Made by a program: the position numbers and the translations under genes
Part shown: in pieces, positions 9,112 to 20,015 of the stretch
Layout: each line of letters starts with the position of its first letter
How positions within the stretch are numbered: position 1 is the first letter of the stretch
Notes under the pieces: model-generated
The model's database searches: none
What the model was told of the DNA's origin: nothing
Seen by the model: the letters and a program-made list of their open reading frames with translations, nothing else
Source of the DNA: Chiloscyllium plagiosum
Lineage: Eukaryota
Direction: 5' to 3'
Length of the DNA stretch: 34,651 nt
Assembly (NCBI RefSeq): GCF_004010195.1
Contig: NC_057718.1
Span: forward strand, 10,054,872-10,089,522

Positions 9112-11248
9112 AAATACATCCAGGGGAGTTATTTGGGTGGAACTGAGAAATAAGGAAGGGATGATCACCTTATTGGGATTGTATTATAGACCCCCTAATA
9201 GTCAGTGGGAAATTGAGCAACAAATTTGTAAGGAGATCTCAGTTATCTGTAAGAATAATAGAGTAGTTATGTAGGGGATTTTAACTTTCCAAACATAGAC
9301 TGAGACTGCTATAGTGATAAGGGTTTAGATGAAGAGGAATTTGTTAAGTGTGTACAAGAAAATTTTCTGATTCAGTATGTGAATGTACCTACTAGCGAAG
9401 GTGCAAAAATTGACCTACTCTTGGGAAATAAGGCAGGGCAGGTGACTGAAGTGTCAGTGGGGGAGCGTTTTAGGGCCAGCGACCATAATTCCATTAGTTT
9501 TAAAATAGTGATGGAAAAGGTTAGATCGGATCTAAAAGTTGAAGTTCCAAATTGGAGGAAGGCCAATTTTGATGGTATTAGGCAAGGACTTTCAAAAGCT
9601 GACTGGGGACAGATATTCACAGGTAAAGGGAAGACTGGAAAATGGGAAGCCTTCAGAAATGAGGTAACAAGAGTCCAGAGACAGTATATTCCTGTTAGGG
9701 TGAAAGGAAAGGTTAGTAGGTGTAGGGAAAGCTCGATGACAAAAGAAATTGAGAGTTTGGTTAAGAAAAAGAAGGAAACATATGTCAGGTATAGACAGGA
9801 GAGATCGAGTGAATCCTTAGAAGAGTATAAAGGAAGTAGGGAAGTATACCTAAGAAGGAAATCAGGAGGGCAAAAAGGGGTCATGAGATAGTTTTGGTAA
9901 ATAAGATTAAGGAGAATCCAAAGGGAAAGTATAAATACAGTAAGGACAAAAGGGTAACGAGGGAGAGAATAGGGCCCCTCAAAGATCAGCAAGGCGGTCT
10001 ATGTGTGGAGCCACAGGAGTTGGGGGACATACTAAACGAGTATTTTGCATCAGTGTTTACTGTGGAGAAGGACATGGAAGATATAGACGGTGACTTCTTG
10101 ATTAATGTCCATATTACAGAGGAGGAGGTGCTGGATGTTTTAAAATGCATAATGGTGGATAAATCCCCAGGACCTGATCAGGTGTATCCTAGAGCTCTGG
10201 AAAGTTCAGGAAGTGATTGCTGAGATATTTCTATCAGCGATAATCACAGGTAAGGTGCCGGAAGATTGGAGGTTGGCTAACATAGTGCCACTATTTAAGA
10301 AAGGTGGTAAGGAAAAGTCAGGAAACCATAGACCAGTGAGCCAGACATCAGTGGTGGGCAGGGTTTTGGAAGGAATCCTGAGGGACAGGATGTACATGTA
10401 TTTGGAAAGGCAAGGACTGATTAGGGATAATCATGGGAAATTATGTCTCACTAATTTGATTGAGTTTTTTTAAGAAGTAATGAAGAGGATTGATGAGGGC
10501 AGAATGGTGGACATGATCTAAATGGATTTCAGTAAGACGTTCGACAATGTTTTTCGTCATTTATATAAATGATTTGGATGTGAACATAGGAGGTATAATT
10601 AGTAAGTCTGCAGATGACACCAAAATTGGAGGCGTGGTGGACAGCGAAGGAGGTTACCTCAGATTACAACGGGATCTTGATCAGATGGGCCAATGGGCAT
10701 TGGTTAGGTCACTTTTGGAATATTATGTGCAAATCTGATCTCCCTCCTATCAGAAGGATGTTGTGAAACTTGAAAGGGTTCAGAAAAGATTTACATGGAT
10801 GTTGTCAGGGTTGGAGGATTTGAGCTATAGGGAGAGGCTGAATAGGCTGGGGCTGTTTTCCCTGGAGCGTCAGAGGCTGAGAGGTTTACAAAATCATGAG
10901 GGGCATGGATAGGGTAAATGGAAAAGGACTTTTCCCTGTGACTGGGGAATCCAGAACTAGAGAGCATAGGTTTAGCGTGAGAGGGGGAAAATTTAAAAGG
11001 TACTTAAGGCAACTTTTTCACGCAGAGGGTGCTGTGTGTATGGAATGAGCTGCCAGAGGAAATGTTGGAGGCTAGTACAATTACAACATTTAAAAGGCAT
11101 CTGGATGGGTATATGAATAGGAAGGGTTTGGAGAGATCTTTGCCAGGTGCTGGCAGGTGGGACTAGATTAGGTTAGGATATTTGGTTGGCATGGACGGGT
11201 TGGACCAAAGGGTCTGATTTGGTGCTGTACATCTCTATGACTGTATGA
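9112..11248 (+). mobile_element. 5'-truncated CR1 LINE (ORF2 endonuclease C-part and RT), multiple stops and two internal deletions
   Basis: Motifs: LYYRPP, GDFNFP, IDLLLGN, SDHNSI, DKSPGPD, VPEDWRLANIVPLFKKG, DFSKTFD, VIYINDL, SADDTKIGG. Deletion joins lie near 10546 and 10697. The CTCTATGACTGTATGA tail ends at 11248. Confidence 0.95.
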
Positions 11249-11582
11249 CCTGCTGAGTTTCTCCAGCTTTCTCTATATTGGTTCCAGTTCTCTCACTATC
11301 CTGGCTCAGGAGGCCAAATCTGGGATCTTGCAGGAATTCCTGTCTGTACCACCAAGGTGACAAGGAGTACTAGTCTGGGTATGTTCAACATGGAGTCTCA
11401 GCCTCCTTGCATCTGTATTGCAAACTCTGGTATCTGATATTTCTTGAATGTCAGTCAGTAGGTCTCTAAGTGTCGATGTGAGTTCTAGTAAAGGTCAAAC
11501 TGATTTTGATTCTAACATATGGTACAGTTTATACCTATGCTGCTCTCAGACGTGCCCTCTGTCTTTCTCTCTCTGTCTGCAG

Positions 11583-11710
11583 ATTGCGATAAACTAAGGA
11601 AGGATGGTTTTCGCAGTTCCCAGTATTACTCACAGAGTCCAATATTCACCTCGCCATCATCCCATCACTCAGCCAGTTGCCTGGATGAGGAAGAGGATCA
11701 GGAGCAAGTG
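11583..11710 (+). CDS. NHSL1: NHSL1-like gene, internal coding exon A (128 nt, phase 1 to 0)
   Basis: Polypyrimidine tract and CAG acceptor (11580-11582); donor GTG|GTAAGA. Encodes (D)CDKLRKDGFRSSQYYSQSPIFTSPSSHHSASCLDEEEDQEQV, matching recalled NHSL1 ECDKLRHDGYRSSQYYSQGP in the WAVE-homology region. Confidence 0.93.
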
Positions 11711-12061
11711 GTAAGACTAATGAAAGATCTTTATCAAGCACTTTGTTGCGTCTTTGCACCTTGACTTGCATTTCCAGCACCCAGACTCTAACGAAGAATA
11801 TCATGTGGTGATATCTTCTTGGGAGTGGTGTGTGGAACTTTGGGGTGAGTGCATGTGAACCTAAACTCTCTGAGAAAGCCTCACATCTCCCCGCTTAAAT
11901 ACTGGTGACATTAAACTGAATAATCCATATTTCCTTTGAACCCTCATTCAGTGAGATAAGAAATGTCTTAGAAAATGTGTGTGCAAGGCGACCAGAGAGA
12001 ATTTCACCCATTCAGCTCCTGCTCTCAATTCCATACGATGTTACACCCTGGGATCCTTGGA

Positions 12062-12178
12062 TATTTTCTAGTTGACTTGGTCAGATGTGTTATGACACAT
12101 CTCTGGAGCAGGTGGGACTTGAACCCGGGTCTCCGAGTTCAGAGGAAGGGGCACTACCATTGCACCACAAGAGCCCAA
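12062..12178 (-). mobile_element. Short tRNA-derived SINE with 9-bp imperfect TSD
   Basis: The minus strand reads GGGCTCTTGTGGTGCAATGGTAG (A box) and GGTTCAAGTCCC (B box), then the hairpin AGATGTGTCATAACACATCT. Flanks are ATCCTTGGA (12053-12061) and ATCCTGGGA (12179-12187). Confidence 0.75.
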
Positions 12179-12291
12179 ATCCTGGGAGTCTTACTATGAC
12201 CCAGAGCCATAACATATGAAGACAGATGCTGTAGATGTTGGAAATCGGAAAGAAAAGTAAATCTTGCTGGAGGTAGTCAGCAAATTAAGCA

Positions 12292-12413
12292 ACATGAGTC
12301 CTGATGAAGGGCCCTGCCTGAAACGTCAACTTGGATGCTGCTGACCTGCTGCACTTTTCCCAGCACCGCACTTTATTAACTCTGACTCCAGCATCTGCAG
12401 TCCTCACTATCTC
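12292..12413 (+). mobile_element. 122-bp PLE terminal-repeat-only insertion with 11-bp TSD, containing a hammerhead motif
   Basis: The perfect direct repeat CAAATTAAGCA lies at 12281-12291 and 12414-12424. The body matches the PLE 3' end (GGATGCTGCTGACCTGCTGCACTTTTCCCAGCA...CTCCAGCATCTGCAGTCCTCACT). It is nested in an older related minus-strand element (~12222-12470). Confidence 0.88.
12296..12332 (+). ncRNA. Minimal hammerhead ribozyme-like motif, sense to the host pre-mRNA
   Basis: Reads gagtc-CTGATGA-a-gggc cct gcct-GAAA-C-GTC-aactt. Stem I gagtc/aactt pairs except at position 1.1, consistent with CpG decay of GTCGAC. Confidence 0.65.
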
Positions 12414-12519
12414 CAAATTAAGCAGCACCCACTGAGAGAAAAACAGAGTTAGATTGATGACTGTTCAGGACACTTGTAGTTCAACAGATACTAATGAAGG
12501 TTATGGTCCAAGGTTATCG

Positions 12520-12846
12520 GGAGTGATGGACCATCAATGGCACCATCTTTCAGATGAGGTGGTAAATTGAGTTCCTGTCTGCTTTTTATTTGACGAATCT
12601 AAGTGTGTCATGTCACAATCTAGAAGAACAGAAGAGTTCTTCTTGTTGCCCTGACCAATTTTGATCACTTTATCAGCATCAGTATCTGGTCATTATCACT
12701 TGACTATTTCCAGGGGCTTGCTGTGCATAAATCCACTGCTGCACTTCCTACAACAGTGACTACACTTTGAAAGTATTTCACTGGCTTGTAAGGTGTTTTG
12801 TGACACGCAGCAGTTATGAAAGGTGCTATACAAATACAAGTCTTTT
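12520..12846 (+). mobile_element. Deu-type SINE remnant
   Basis: Contains GGCACCATCTTTCAGATGAG, TATCTGGTCATTATCAC, GCTTGCTGTGCATAAAT...CCTACAACAGTGACTACACTT and the tail TGAAAGGTGCTATACAAATACAAGTCTT. Homologous to the 4790 and 14027 copies. Confidence 0.7.
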
Positions 12847-14026
12847 GACCAGCAGAATACTTACTTTTAAGGTAGTAGTTATAATCCTCGATCAGCATGA
12901 GTTTCGATCACACGCATGACAGGTTGTGTCATCCACACATGGCCTGGACAATATCTCACCGCCATCCCACTCCGTGTGGTTGAATCTTAATGTCCTGAAG
13001 GCAACTAGAGAAGAACAATAAATACTGCCCAACACACCTAAAGAGTTCAGGTTGGCTGGGATCATATTTAAGCTTCTTCACATCCATCATTTCTGAGAGC
13101 AGAGTTCAAGCATTTCTCAGTGCTGAAATCAAAATGTTTCTAATTCTAAAAGTGGCATTTAAAATCTGACTGTCCCTGAACTGACTGCTACTCCTCTATG
13201 GTATCCTTGTGCACAGGTCACACTAATGCATTCAGGTGGGCATTATTGAATTTTGTATAAAGGGACTAATCCATTTAAAAAGACATGCTTATCTTTACAG
13301 TGGGAATTTTACCACTGGGAATTTTAACTGCACCTTTGTTTCTCTATTTTAGTCACTTTTTTTTTTGTTCTCTCTTTCCTTTGTTCTGTTCTTTCACTCC
13401 AGCAACATAACTTCTTAAGCTGCCTTAGTTTCTGCTGCCATTTGACTCCATGGAACAGCCAGGTACACACGCTCCGCACACTAACTCAGCAAATTGCTTT
13501 GCTTGTGTCAGCCCTGCCTGCAGTCCCTTCCAGACCCTGAGCCCCTGTACAATCCCTGACTACCCCTCCCCACCAACCTGGGTTCCTGCAGCCTCTTCCA
13601 TTGCATTCATATAGCACCAGCCATTGTGCACCCCTCAGCCAGAAGATGTTCTACGCCGAATCATATCTGGAATCATTAATTGCTTGGCTGGATATGACAT
13701 TTTGCTTGGCGAGCGCCGTTATTGCTGTGTCTATTGCTTTTGATGTCTGCCTAACTCCCCAGCCCTTAATGTCCTTGAAACCACTGGTTCTTCAGTGATC
13801 CTGGGGTGATGATCCACAGTGGCTGAACATATCCTGCTTTAGTTAATAGTGTACCCTCCACACGCATGACCCTGAATGGGGAGTATCAGTAAGTCAGTTG
13901 ACCCTAATGCCCTTTGATGTTGTGAACCTACACCTATGTTTGCTGGGAGTGTGGATTACTGTGTAGTAGCCTTGAGTCTATGGCACCACAAAACAGCCCA
14001 ATTCTAACCTGGCTGGAGATCAGACT

Positions 14027-14592
14027 GTGGCTCCATTTGGTAGTTGTCTTACCCCAGAGGTGCGAGGTCCTGAGCTCAAAGCCTACTTCAAGGCTTGAGC
14101 ACAAAAGCTGCCACTCCACTGCAGCACTGAGGGAGTCCACAGCACTGTCAAAGGTGCCTTCTTCCAGGTGAGAAGTCACCCTTTTCAGCTGGATGTAAAA
14201 GATCCCATGGCATTACTTTGAAGAATCATGGAATTCCTACAGTGTGGAAGCAGGCCACTCGCTCCATCGGAACCACACCAATCCTCCCAAGTACAACCTA
14301 CCCCTTCACCCTGTCCCTATAACCCTGCATTTCCCATGGCTAACCCATCTCACCTGCGCACCCCTAGACACAAGAGACGTTAGAGCAAAACAGGGGAGTT
14401 GTTCCCTAGTGGCCTTGCCAATAGTTATCTCTAAGTCGATATCCCTAATCGTTGGCACGTTGCTGTCTATGGGTGTTCAAATTGGCAGCTGCATTGCAAC
14501 AGTGACCAGATTTCACAAAGTACCTCATTGGCTGCAAAGTATTTGAGACCAGTGATCATGTAAAACACTGGGGAAATGTAATTCCTCTTCTG
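14027..14592 (+). mobile_element. Deu-type SINE interrupted by an antisense HE1 SINE 3' fragment (~14222-14372)
   Basis: Reads GCAGCACTGAGGGAGT...GGATGTAAAAGATCCCATGGCATTACTTTGAAGA, then the insert GAATTCCTACAGTGTGGAAGCAGGCC (reverse complement of the HE1 tail). It resumes with CAGGGGAGTT...AAATTGGCAGCTGCATTGCAACAGTGAC. Confidence 0.7.
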
Positions 14593-15226
14593 TTTTTTTT
14601 TTAAATCAGGACAGTCAGGCTAATGGAATGGAGTATGTGCCCATCTGGTCCCTATGCCTCAGTTCACACTGCCTTTAATGACTGACCTTTGAATGAAAAT
14701 CACTGATTTCTATTTGAAGTTAATCTCTTGGTAACATATTTGGGGTACCTTCCAAATTAACGTTGCTAGTTTTATAGGCAATGATCCCAATCAGTGTTTT
14801 CCATGAGGACCTCTCTAAGTAGTGCTCCACATCACAGATGCTTCTCCATGTCTTCACTTCCCAACATATCAAGCTCTGATTCACAAAACATGCCCACCCC
14901 CCACCACCACCTTGGCTATTTAGTGAGTGATTGTTCAGAAAGCTTTAGGGCATTAGTATCTGGTATATGATTTCTGAGGCTTAACCAATCCAGAGACCTA
15001 CCTGTCACTGCCAGGCGCTGATCCCACAAGACAAAAGAAAGCACTCATATCATTTAATTAATGCATTTTTAATAGAACCCTTTCAGTTTTACAATGTATT
15101 CTGGGAGTGCATCTTGTCCGAATACAACTCCCTTGTTGTGTGTCATGTGTCAGCCATTTTATTAACCCCATAACACTTGACACCCATGTCAATCAAAGTT
15201 CTACCTAACTCAGCCTTCACTTCCCT

Positions 15227-15594
15227 GTCATTAGGATGTACAGGGCTGAAACAGATCCTTCGGTCCAACTTGTCCATGCCGACCAGATATCCTAAGTTAA
15301 TCTAGTCCCATTTTCCAACATTTGGCCCATATCCCTCTAAACCCTTCCCATTCCTGTACCCATCCCAGATGCCTTTTAAATGTTGTAATTGTACTAGCTA
15401 CCTCTACTTCCTCTGGCAGTTCATTCCATACATGCATCACCCTCTTCATGAAAAGGTTGCCCCTTAGGCCCCTTTTAACTCTTTCCCTCTCACCTTAAAC
15501 CTATGCCCTCTAGTATCAGACTCCCCTACCCTGAGAAAATGACCTTGGCTTTTCACCCCATTCGTGCCCATCATGATTTTATACATTTCTATAA
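15227..15594 (-). mobile_element. CR1 LINE 3' end, antisense
   Basis: Reverse complement of the same 3' region as 10885-11248 (TTCGGTCCAAC...CATGCCGACCAGATATCC...TTCCTCTGGCAGTTCATTCCATAC...AAAAGGTTGCCCCTTAGG). Confidence 0.92.
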
Positions 15595-16640
15595 GTTGCT
15601 CCAGCAATTGCTGCTGTTCATTCATTTCACGTCACAGATTTGTTCCAGTGCTGGAGGAGGCCATTCTGCCCATTGTACCTGCACCCACTCTTGAAACTAA
15701 CCTCTTCGCCCACAGCACTCGGAGCACAGTCTAATGTTTTGCCAGCAAGTAGCCATCCTGAACAGCAGAGAGAAAGTGAAAGATCCAGAGATGTGGGCTG
15801 AGGTGGCTGTATTAAGATGTACATAGGTGACAGTGTTCACTGACTGACTCAAGCCCGCCTTGCAGTGTTTATATTGGGTAGAGAAGTGTGGATTTGCACT
15901 GTGTGGTCAAGGATCACAGTCACTGCAGTGAAATCACCTGCCAGATACTAATAGCGTGAGCCTTTCAGAACAGAGGTGTGTGTTTGTGTGTCTCTCAGAC
16001 CTTCTTGTAAAAGTTCCTCTCCACTGAGAGGTGGAGGGTGAGGGTTTCAGTGTAGCTTGTCATATTGCCATCTGCTCCTACCTCAGACATTGTTAGCCTC
16101 CTGCTTGCAGCTGCTTGTTAAACTGTACCCCAGTGTTGGCGGATAATGATTACCCTGAACCTGTGAGTGTGCAGTGAATGGAGGAAATCTTGGTGGAGGG
16201 TTAATATGGGAAAAATGCAGGAGTGAGTTGGGATTTTCAACACAGAGGTCCCTAAACAAGGAGTTTTCACATGAAACAGCTAGGGGAAAGTGCTCAGTAG
16301 ATTCTAAGGTAAGTTGGGAATTTCACATCAGATCCAGAGTGACCAGCCGTTGGAGTAAGGTCTAGGAGGAGCAATGGAGATGGAAGCTTTGGAAGAAATG
16401 ATTGGCTGCTGAAATTCAGGCAGCTTTGTGATCTCTCTGGATAATTGAATTAGGATGATCTTAATCCACGCACCCCATACACACAACTCCCAAGACGGGT
16501 CTCTTACACAAGAGCCACTGCTTTGTTAGCCAATCAGACTGTACACACACAGTGAGAGTAGGGCAAGGGAGCTATATGAGTACATAATAAATAGGGCCTG
16601 TGGGCTTGGGTTGGGGTGGAGGGGTTTCTGAGCTCAGAGT

Positions 16641-16846
16641 GGGGTTGCGATTTCTGAGCTCAGACCAGGCTGGGGATGGGGGATCCTGAGTACGGAGCAG
16701 CACTGGGGCCAGTCATGCCTGACCCTGGCCCTGCACCCATACAGGGGTTGCGATTTCTGAGCTCAGACCAGGATGGGGATGGGGGATCCTGAGTACGGAG
16801 CAGCACTGGGGCCAGTCATGCCTGACCCTGGCCCTGCACCCATACA
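16641..16846. repeat. Tandem duplication, 2 x 103 bp, one mismatch
   Basis: 16641-16743 and 16744-16846 are identical except C16670/A16773. Confidence 0.95.
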
Positions 16847-16866
16847 ATGTGACAAGATGACACCAT

Positions 16867-17059
16867 GTCACAGAGTCATAGAGATGTACAGCATGGAAAC
16901 AGACCCTTCGGTCCAACCCGTCCATGCCGACCAGCTATCCCAACCCAATCTAGTCCCACCTGCCAGCACCCGGCCCATATCCCTCCAAACCCTTCCTATT
17001 CATATACCCATCCAAATGCCTCTTAAATGTTGCAATTGTACCCGCCTCCACCACTTCCT
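16867..17059 (-). mobile_element. Young CR1 LINE 3' end, antisense, running into the assembly gap
   Basis: Begins with the GTCACAGAGTCATAGAG tail. The minus strand encodes EVVEAGTIATFKRHLDGYMNRKGLEGYGPGAGRWD, nearly identical to 3910-4096. Confidence 0.93.
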
Positions 17060-17163
17060 NNNNNNNNNNNNNNNNNNNNNNNNNNNNNNNNNNNNNNNNN
17101 NNNNNNNNNNNNNNNNNNNNNNNNNNNNNNNNNNNNNNNNNNNNNNNNNNNNNNNNNNNNNNN
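17060..17163. other. Assembly gap (104 N)
   Basis: Run of N. Confidence 0.99.
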
Positions 17164-18204
17164 AACCAGTTCCCTGACAGGGCAGATAGAGGCCTTAGAT
17201 TTTGGTCAGTTCCCAGGGTTTTGGTTAAACCCTGATATCCTACCTCCCCTTCCCCGCTTGTCTCCCTTCCCCACTGCCCTAGGGAGGAAGAGAGGTCCCA
17301 GCCTCCTCCACTCAAGAATGAAGAAATGTCAATGGACTGCTATCCTCATTGACCTTGCTGAGCCAGAGGGGGAGATCAGTTTTGCGCATGGAGTTCCCAT
17401 TACTAACCAGTCTCTGAAATAGTGGCAAAACCATCAAACTGCTTGTAGGGACCTGCAAATAGATGATAATTGACCTGAAGTAAAGTTGTACAGTGCTACA
17501 GTTCCACTGTTGTAGCCATCAGACAGTGAATTGTCCGTCTACATGGGGGCGTCTTCCAGTAGGCAAAACAGAAGAGTAACTTTTGATTTTTTATTTTCCG
17601 ATGCTTGGGTGCTGATGCCTCAATCCTGAATGTGATCACGGACAGAGTTTTGCTGTTTGTAATTACATTTTTAAAAAGAGACATCAAATCAGACTGTTGC
17701 TAGACTCAGTTGTGGTCACATGAACAGTGTGCTGGAGATTCACTGATTCCTACCCCCAGCTGACTGCTTCATTCTCTCCTGGGCTCCTCCCACCTGTAAG
17801 GTTGCAGCATTCAGGCTTGGCAAAAGACAACAATTGGACCCAGTGTTCCAATTCCCAGCCCCAGCCCTGCCGTCACTCAAACCCCACCCTTCCCACTCCC
17901 AAAATCAAGCACTAATAAAGTTTAAAGCAGCAACGTTGTCATTGCAACCCGTGATTTTGATTATCAGAACTAACTGACCATTTGTACATCCAAGCTGTGA
18001 GCAGATGGATACTATTCTACGTCAGATGGCTCAGAACTGTGTAGTAACAAATGAGTTTCTTTTTCTTACTGTATTGGGTACACAGGTTTTAGAATAGGGG
18101 TGTTAGGTTTAAGTGAGAAAGTTGTAGCGAGTTGTCATCCAGTGGATATAGAGTCATGGGCTAGGTGTTCCACCATATCTCAACATGTTAAGCCCCTTTG
18201 TATG

Positions 18205-18490
18205 TTTTTTCTTATTAATTCAGGGGTGTGACCTCTGCTGGCTAGGCCTGCATTGTTTGTCTATCCTTAATTGCCCTTGAGAAGGTCATGGTGAATTGCG
18301 TTCAGGGACCGCTGCAGTCCATGTTATGTAGAGACCCTGACAGTGCTGGTAGCGTCAGGGTTAGGGTTTCTAGGATTTTAGATCCAGCAACAGTGATATA
18401 ATTTGCAAACCAAGATGGTGTGTGACTTGGAGGAGAGAGCAGATGTCTGCTGCCCTTGTGATGAAGCTCATGGGTTTGGGAAATGCTGTC
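18205..18490 (-). mobile_element. Old LINE-like 3' end, antisense
   Basis: A T-rich start is followed by TGCTGGCTAGGCCTGCATTG...CCTTAATTGCCCTTGAGAAGG and GATTTTAGATCCAGCAACAGTGA. The tail is similar to 3797-3830 and 12995-13030. Confidence 0.55.
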
Positions 18491-18899
18491 CATGTTGAGC
18501 AGTGCAGAGGAAGAACATCCTTGATTTCAATGCCAAGGACATTCCCAATCACTCCGGAATGTTCTCCCTGACCATTGCCCAACTGTCCTCTAACCATCAG
18601 CTCTCCATCCACTCTCTGAGAACGTGAGAGTGATTACAGAAGGAGAGGGTACATATGTGGTGGCCTTCCATACTATCCAAACTTACATGTAAGGAATTGA
18701 TAAAATACCTTGGGACTGGTGCCCAATGAGAAGTCATGATCATGGAGGTGGGGTTTGCAGAGAAAATGAAGAGAAACAGAAACGAGAGGAAAACTGATCT
18801 CACAGTATTAATAGGGAAGGGCTATTGAACTACACCATCTGAATGGGTTTAGGACAACTGGCGAGATTATGAGGACGTCATCTTAAAACTAGAGTGGGT

Positions 18900-19130
18900 C
18901 TTTTCTGGAAGCACTTCTTCACATGAAGAACAATGGAAATCGAGAACTCTTTCCTTTACTGATGAGTGGGAGGGGGGTGCATTAAAAACAGTTCCAAACT
19001 GAGATTGATAGATTTTCGTTGGTGAAGCAATTAAGGTTTACAGTACCAAGACAGGTGAATGGAGTCAGGCAAGGTTTAGTTGGAAGGTGAAACAAATTGG
19101 AGGGCCTGAATAGCCTGCTCCTGTCCCCAC
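18900..19130 (+). mobile_element. Highly decayed CR1 3' end
   Basis: CACTTCTTCACA...GGAAATCGAGAACTCT, AAACTGAGATTGATAGATTTT and GAGGGCCTGAATAGCCTGCTCCTGT resemble the CR1 ORF2 end and 3' UTR. Confidence 0.55.
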
Positions 19131-19244
19131 AGAGAGAAATGGGACACAACAGGGGGAGGGAGAAGGATGACCAATAGGGATAAGTTTCTCGGACCAAATG
19201 GCTGTCTCATCTTCCTAAATATGTCTTTTGTGCTCCGCATGAAG

Positions 19245-19437
19245 TCCACAGTCTCATCTGCCAAGGAGGAAAAGCTGCACTATTCCAGGAGATCTAAAAC
19301 TCCAGTCCCCAGTGACCTCTCCGAGATTGATGTCCAGACCAACTGGACCAAGGCCCTGCCACTGCCCACACCAGAGGAGAGGATGCGCCAACAAGCCCAG
19401 GCAGTACAGAGTGACGTGGTCCCAATCAATGTAACAG
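19245..19437 (+). CDS. NHSL1: NHSL1-like gene, internal coding exon B (193 nt, phase 0 to 1)
   Basis: Acceptor ...CATGAAG| is the in-frame AG; donor CAG|GTATGT. Encodes STVSSAKEEKLHYSRRSKTPVPSDLSEIDVQTNWTKALPLPTPEERMRQQAQAVQSDVVPINVT, containing the NHS-family QTNW.K.LPLPTPEE motif. Confidence 0.95.
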
Positions 19438-19845
19438 GTATGTTGGTGAGGCCAGGCAACAGACCTTCATACAGTGACGGGGATATAGAAGGAGCTGGAA
19501 GGGTGGTGGCATCTTTACATTTCAGTAGGCAGTGACCTTCGCATTTTGATTAGATTGATGCATTACACTGTCTGTTGTATATAAAATCACCATGAAATCT
19601 GACCTTAATAATCATGAACAACTTTCTTAATGAAATCTCTAGGGCAAACTCCAGAATGGTGCACTTGGTACGCTGATGGCAGTGTAATAGAAACACAGGA
19701 AATATAGAACTCAAAACCAGAAGTTGTAGTTTGGGTGACCAACATAAAGATTTTTGAGGGGTAGCTGAATGAGGCAAGAAATAAAATCAAAGAATGGGCT
19801 AATATGGTTTAATGAAGTAGTGTGAAAGAAGGCTCCTACAGAAAG

Positions 19846-20015
19846 GTGGTGGTCTAGTGATATTGTCACTGGGCTAGTAATTCAGAGCCCAGACCACTGT
19901 TCTGGCAACATGGGTTCAAATCTCACCCAAAGACATTGTGAAATTTGAATTCAATAGAAATCTGGAATCAGGAGCAAACCTAATGGTGACCACGTAACCA
20001 CCATTGATTGTCGTA
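19846..20015 (+). mobile_element. tRNA-derived SINE 5' portion
   Basis: Has GGTGGTCTAGTGATATTGTCACTGGGCTAGTAATTCAGAG (A box-like) and GGGTTCAAATCTCACC (B box). Related fragments lie at ~1940-1990 and 3457. Confidence 0.6.

Noticed and set aside
9372..9992. 206-aa minus-strand hydrophobic ORF
   Set aside because: It is the antisense of A-rich CR1 ORF2, a common artefact.
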